A stretch of DNA of 54,173 nucleotides from contig JAWVZO010000001.1 of NCBI GenBank assembly GCA_033722135.1, forward strand, positions 1 to 54,173, given 5' to 3'. The DNA is from Gammaproteobacteria bacterium (GTDB taxonomy: Bacteria > Pseudomonadota > Gammaproteobacteria > QNFN01). The position numbers and the translations under genes were made by a program. This document shows positions 52,073 to 54,173 of this stretch, in pieces. Numbering within the stretch: position 1 is the first letter of the stretch; each line of letters starts with the position of its first letter. The notes below the pieces were generated by a model. The model did no database searches, was not told where the DNA came from, and saw only the letters and a list, made by a program, of their open reading frames with translations.

Positions 52073-54173
52073 TTACTTCGCGATTCCACACAACGCTACG
52101 GTCGCATCGACCACTTCCCCCTCCGACGGCAGCACCAGCCCCGCGGCCGGCCCGAGCGGCTGGTAGCTGTCCGCGCCGGCCACCAGCCGGATCGGCAGAC
52201 CGCCGCAGCCCGCCTCGACCAGGCCCGTCACCACCCCCTCGCCGATCCCGCCGCTGCGCCGCCCCTCGTCGAGCACCAGCACCCGGCCGCAGTCGTGGGC
52301 GTGCGTGGCGATGGTCTCGTGGTCGAGAGGTGCCAGCCAGCGCAGGTCGAGGATCCGCGCGGCGATCCCGTGCCGCTGCTCCAGCGTGCGCGCCGCGCGC
52401 AGCGCCATCGGCACGCCGTTGCCGTAGGTCACCAACAGCAGGTCGTTCGCCGCCTCGTTCCAGACCCGCCCGGCCCCGAACGGCACCGCCTCGCCGGGCG
52501 GCGGGTAGGCGCTCTCCCAGAGGCCGTCGCCGGGCGCGTGGAGGTCGCGGGTCATGTAGAGCGCGATCGGCTCGACGAAGGTGACCACGCGCCCGTCGAC
52601 CTTCGCCAGCGCCGCGCAGGTGCGCAGCATCCCGGCCGCGTCGTCGCCGCGGCTCGGGCAGGCGATCACCAGCCCCGGAATCTCGCGCAGCGCAGCGAGC
52701 CCGTTGTCGTTGTGGAAGTGGCCGCCGAACCCCTTCTGGTAGCCGAGCCCGGCGATGCGCACCACCATCGGGTTGCGGAACTGCCCCCGCGAGAAGAACT
52801 GCAGCGAGGCGGCCTCGCCGCGCAGCTGGTCGATGGCGTTGTGCAGGTAGGCGAGGTACTGGATCTCGGGGAACGGCAGCGCGCCGAGCAACGCGGCACC
52901 CTGCGCGACGCCGAGGATCGACTGTTCGTCGAGCAGGGTATCGAACACGCGGCGCGGCCCGAAGCGCGCCTGCAGCCCGGGCGTGACGTGGTAGACCCCT
53001 CCCTTGCGCGCGACATCCTCGCCGAACAGCAGCGCCTCGGGGTGCTGCGCGAGCAGGTCTGTCAGCGCGCGGTTGATCTGCACGGCGAGGTGGCGCGGTG
53101 GGCCGGTCTCGGGCAGTCCGGCATCGCCCCAGGCGCGTTCCCGGGCCTCGGCGAAGTCGTTGCGCGTCGCCTCGGCGGAGACGGCATCGGGCGAGTGCGG
53201 CGCCAGCGGCGCCATCACCTCGGCGCGGCTGGCGAGCGGCGCGGCGTCGATGACCGCCTCGGCGGCCGCCGCGACCCGTTCGCGCGCCGCATCCCACAGT
53301 GCGCGCAGCCCTGCCGCGTCACGCGCGCCGCTTTCGAACAGCAGCCGGGCGCTGGCGAGCAGCGGGTCGCGTGCTTCGTCGGAGGTGATCGACGCGGCGT
53401 CGCGGTAGGCGCTCTCGACGTCGCTGCCGGCGTGGCCCAACAGGCGCACCACGGACAGATGCAGGAAGGTCGGGCGGCGCGTGCGCCTGCAGTGGTCGAC
53501 CGCTGCGCGCGCCGCGCGCCAGGCGTCGGCAAGGTCGCAGCCGTCAGCCGCGAACCAGCCGTCGCCGAACTGGGGTTTGAGCCGCGCCTCGATCCAGCCC
53601 TCCGGCGTCGGCACCGAGATGCCGAGCCCGTTGTCCTCGCAGACGAACAGCACCGGCACCGGGAGTTTCTGGCGGGCGGTCCAGAGCGCCAGGTTGAATG
53701 CGCCGGTGGCGGTGCTGTGGTTGGCGCTGGCATCGCCGAAACTGCACAGCACGATGCTGTCGCGCGGGATCGGCAGGTCCGTGCCGCGCCCGAGCGCGAC
53801 CGCGGTGCCGACGGCCTTCGGCAGGTGGCTGGCGATGGTGCTGGTCTGTGGCACGATCCACAGTGGCCGGCTGCCCCACACCTTGTGACGACCGCCGGCG
53901 ATCGGCTCGTCGCGGGCGGCGACCATGCCGAGCAGGGTGTCGCGCACGCCATCGACGGTGGGGTCGTGCCGGCCGCGTTCGAGCACCAGCGCGCCGCTGC
54001 GGTAGTGCAGGAACGCGGGATCGGTCGGGCGGGCCAGGCGCCCGAGCACGGCATTGCCCTCGTGACCGGCGCTGCCGATGGTGTAGTAGCCGACGTCGCG
54101 CCGGCGCAGCGCGCGCGCCGCGTAATCGAGCTCGCGGCTGAGCAGCTGCGACTCGAACAGTTCCACCAGGTCG
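52073..54173 (-). CDS. Fused E1 alpha/beta thiamine-diphosphate-dependent 2-oxoacid dehydrogenase-like protein (N-terminus probably beyond the right edge)
   Basis: More than 697 aa. The alpha-like half contains CSFGDASANHSTATGAFNLA and FVCEDNGLGISVP. The beta-like half contains FGEDVARKGGVYHVT and a transketolase C-terminal-like end. The frame stays open to the window end, and the track start is only a GTG at 54166. Confidence 0.75.
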   Translation of the reverse strand, partial: DLVELFESQLLSRELDYAARALRRRDVGYYTIGSAGHEGNAVLGRLARPTDPAFLHYRSGALVLERGRHDPTVDGVRDTLLGMVAARDEPIAGGRHKVWGSRPLWIVPQTSTIASHLPKAVGTAVALGRGTDLPIPRDSIVLCSFGDASANHSTATGAFNLALWTARQKLPVPVLFVCEDNGLGISVPTPEGWIEARLKPQFGDGWFAADGCDLADAWRAARAAVDHCRRTRRPTFLHLSVVRLLGHAGSDVESAYRDAASITSDEARDPLLASARLLFESGARDAAGLRALWDAARERVAAAAEAVIDAAPLASRAEVMAPLAPHSPDAVSAEATRNDFAEARERAWGDAGLPETGPPRHLAVQINRALTDLLAQHPEALLFGEDVARKGGVYHVTPGLQARFGPRRVFDTLLDEQSILGVAQGAALLGALPFPEIQYLAYLHNAIDQLRGEAASLQFFSRGQFRNPMVVRIAGLGYQKGFGGHFHNDNGLAALREIPGLVIACPSRGDDAAGMLRTCAALAKVDGRVVTFVEPIALYMTRDLHAPGDGLWESAYPPPGEAVPFGAGRVWNEAANDLLLVTYGNGVPMALRAARTLEQRHGIAARILDLRWLAPLDHETIATHAHDCGRVLVLDEGRRSGGIGEGVVTGLVEAGCGGLPIRLVAGADSYQPLGPAAGLVLPSEGEVVDATVALCGIAK

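Overview
Very GC-rich chromosomal segment (about 68-70% by eye, not computed). The gene order is typical of a gammaproteobacterial core genome: rhlB/trxA/rho, amgK-murU divergent from lptD-surA-pdxA-rsmA, dacC-ybeD-lipB, nudE-cysQ, and ubiU-ubiV/ubiT. A Chromatiales/Ectothiorhodospiraceae-like host is only a guess. I support about 55 protein genes. They are tightly packed and many have overlapping start and stop codons. Most long ORFs in the track are antisense or out-of-frame high-GC artefacts. I saw no tRNA, rRNA, CRISPR, IS, phage or obvious defence genes, so most of the window is ordinary housekeeping DNA. Five things deserve a second look. (1) Three extra enzymes (a GCS2 carboxylate-amine ligase, an AstE/AspA-type zinc deacylase and a GT-B glycosyltransferase) are packed directly behind the MurNAc-recycling genes amgK-murU. 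This could be an undescribed sugar-amino acid or thiol conjugate pathway. (2) A PadBCD-like, Tat-less membrane molybdoenzyme module sits with a co-translated hotdog thioesterase and PaaK, opposite a Liv-type transporter. The two are separated by a divergent control region with two near-identical nested palindromes. (3) A small radical-SAM gene lies directly in front of ubiU-ubiV (O2-independent ubiquinone synthesis). (4) A 522-aa uncharacterised protein with a degenerate PilZ-like C-terminus is paired with a YkgJ-type Cys-cluster protein. (5) Several non-coding signals recur: the 10-mer TAGAATGGCC in putative promoters, a structured 220-bp spacer, and an inverted repeat over the lptD -10 element. 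All functional assignments come from my reading of the translated ORFs. No database search was run.
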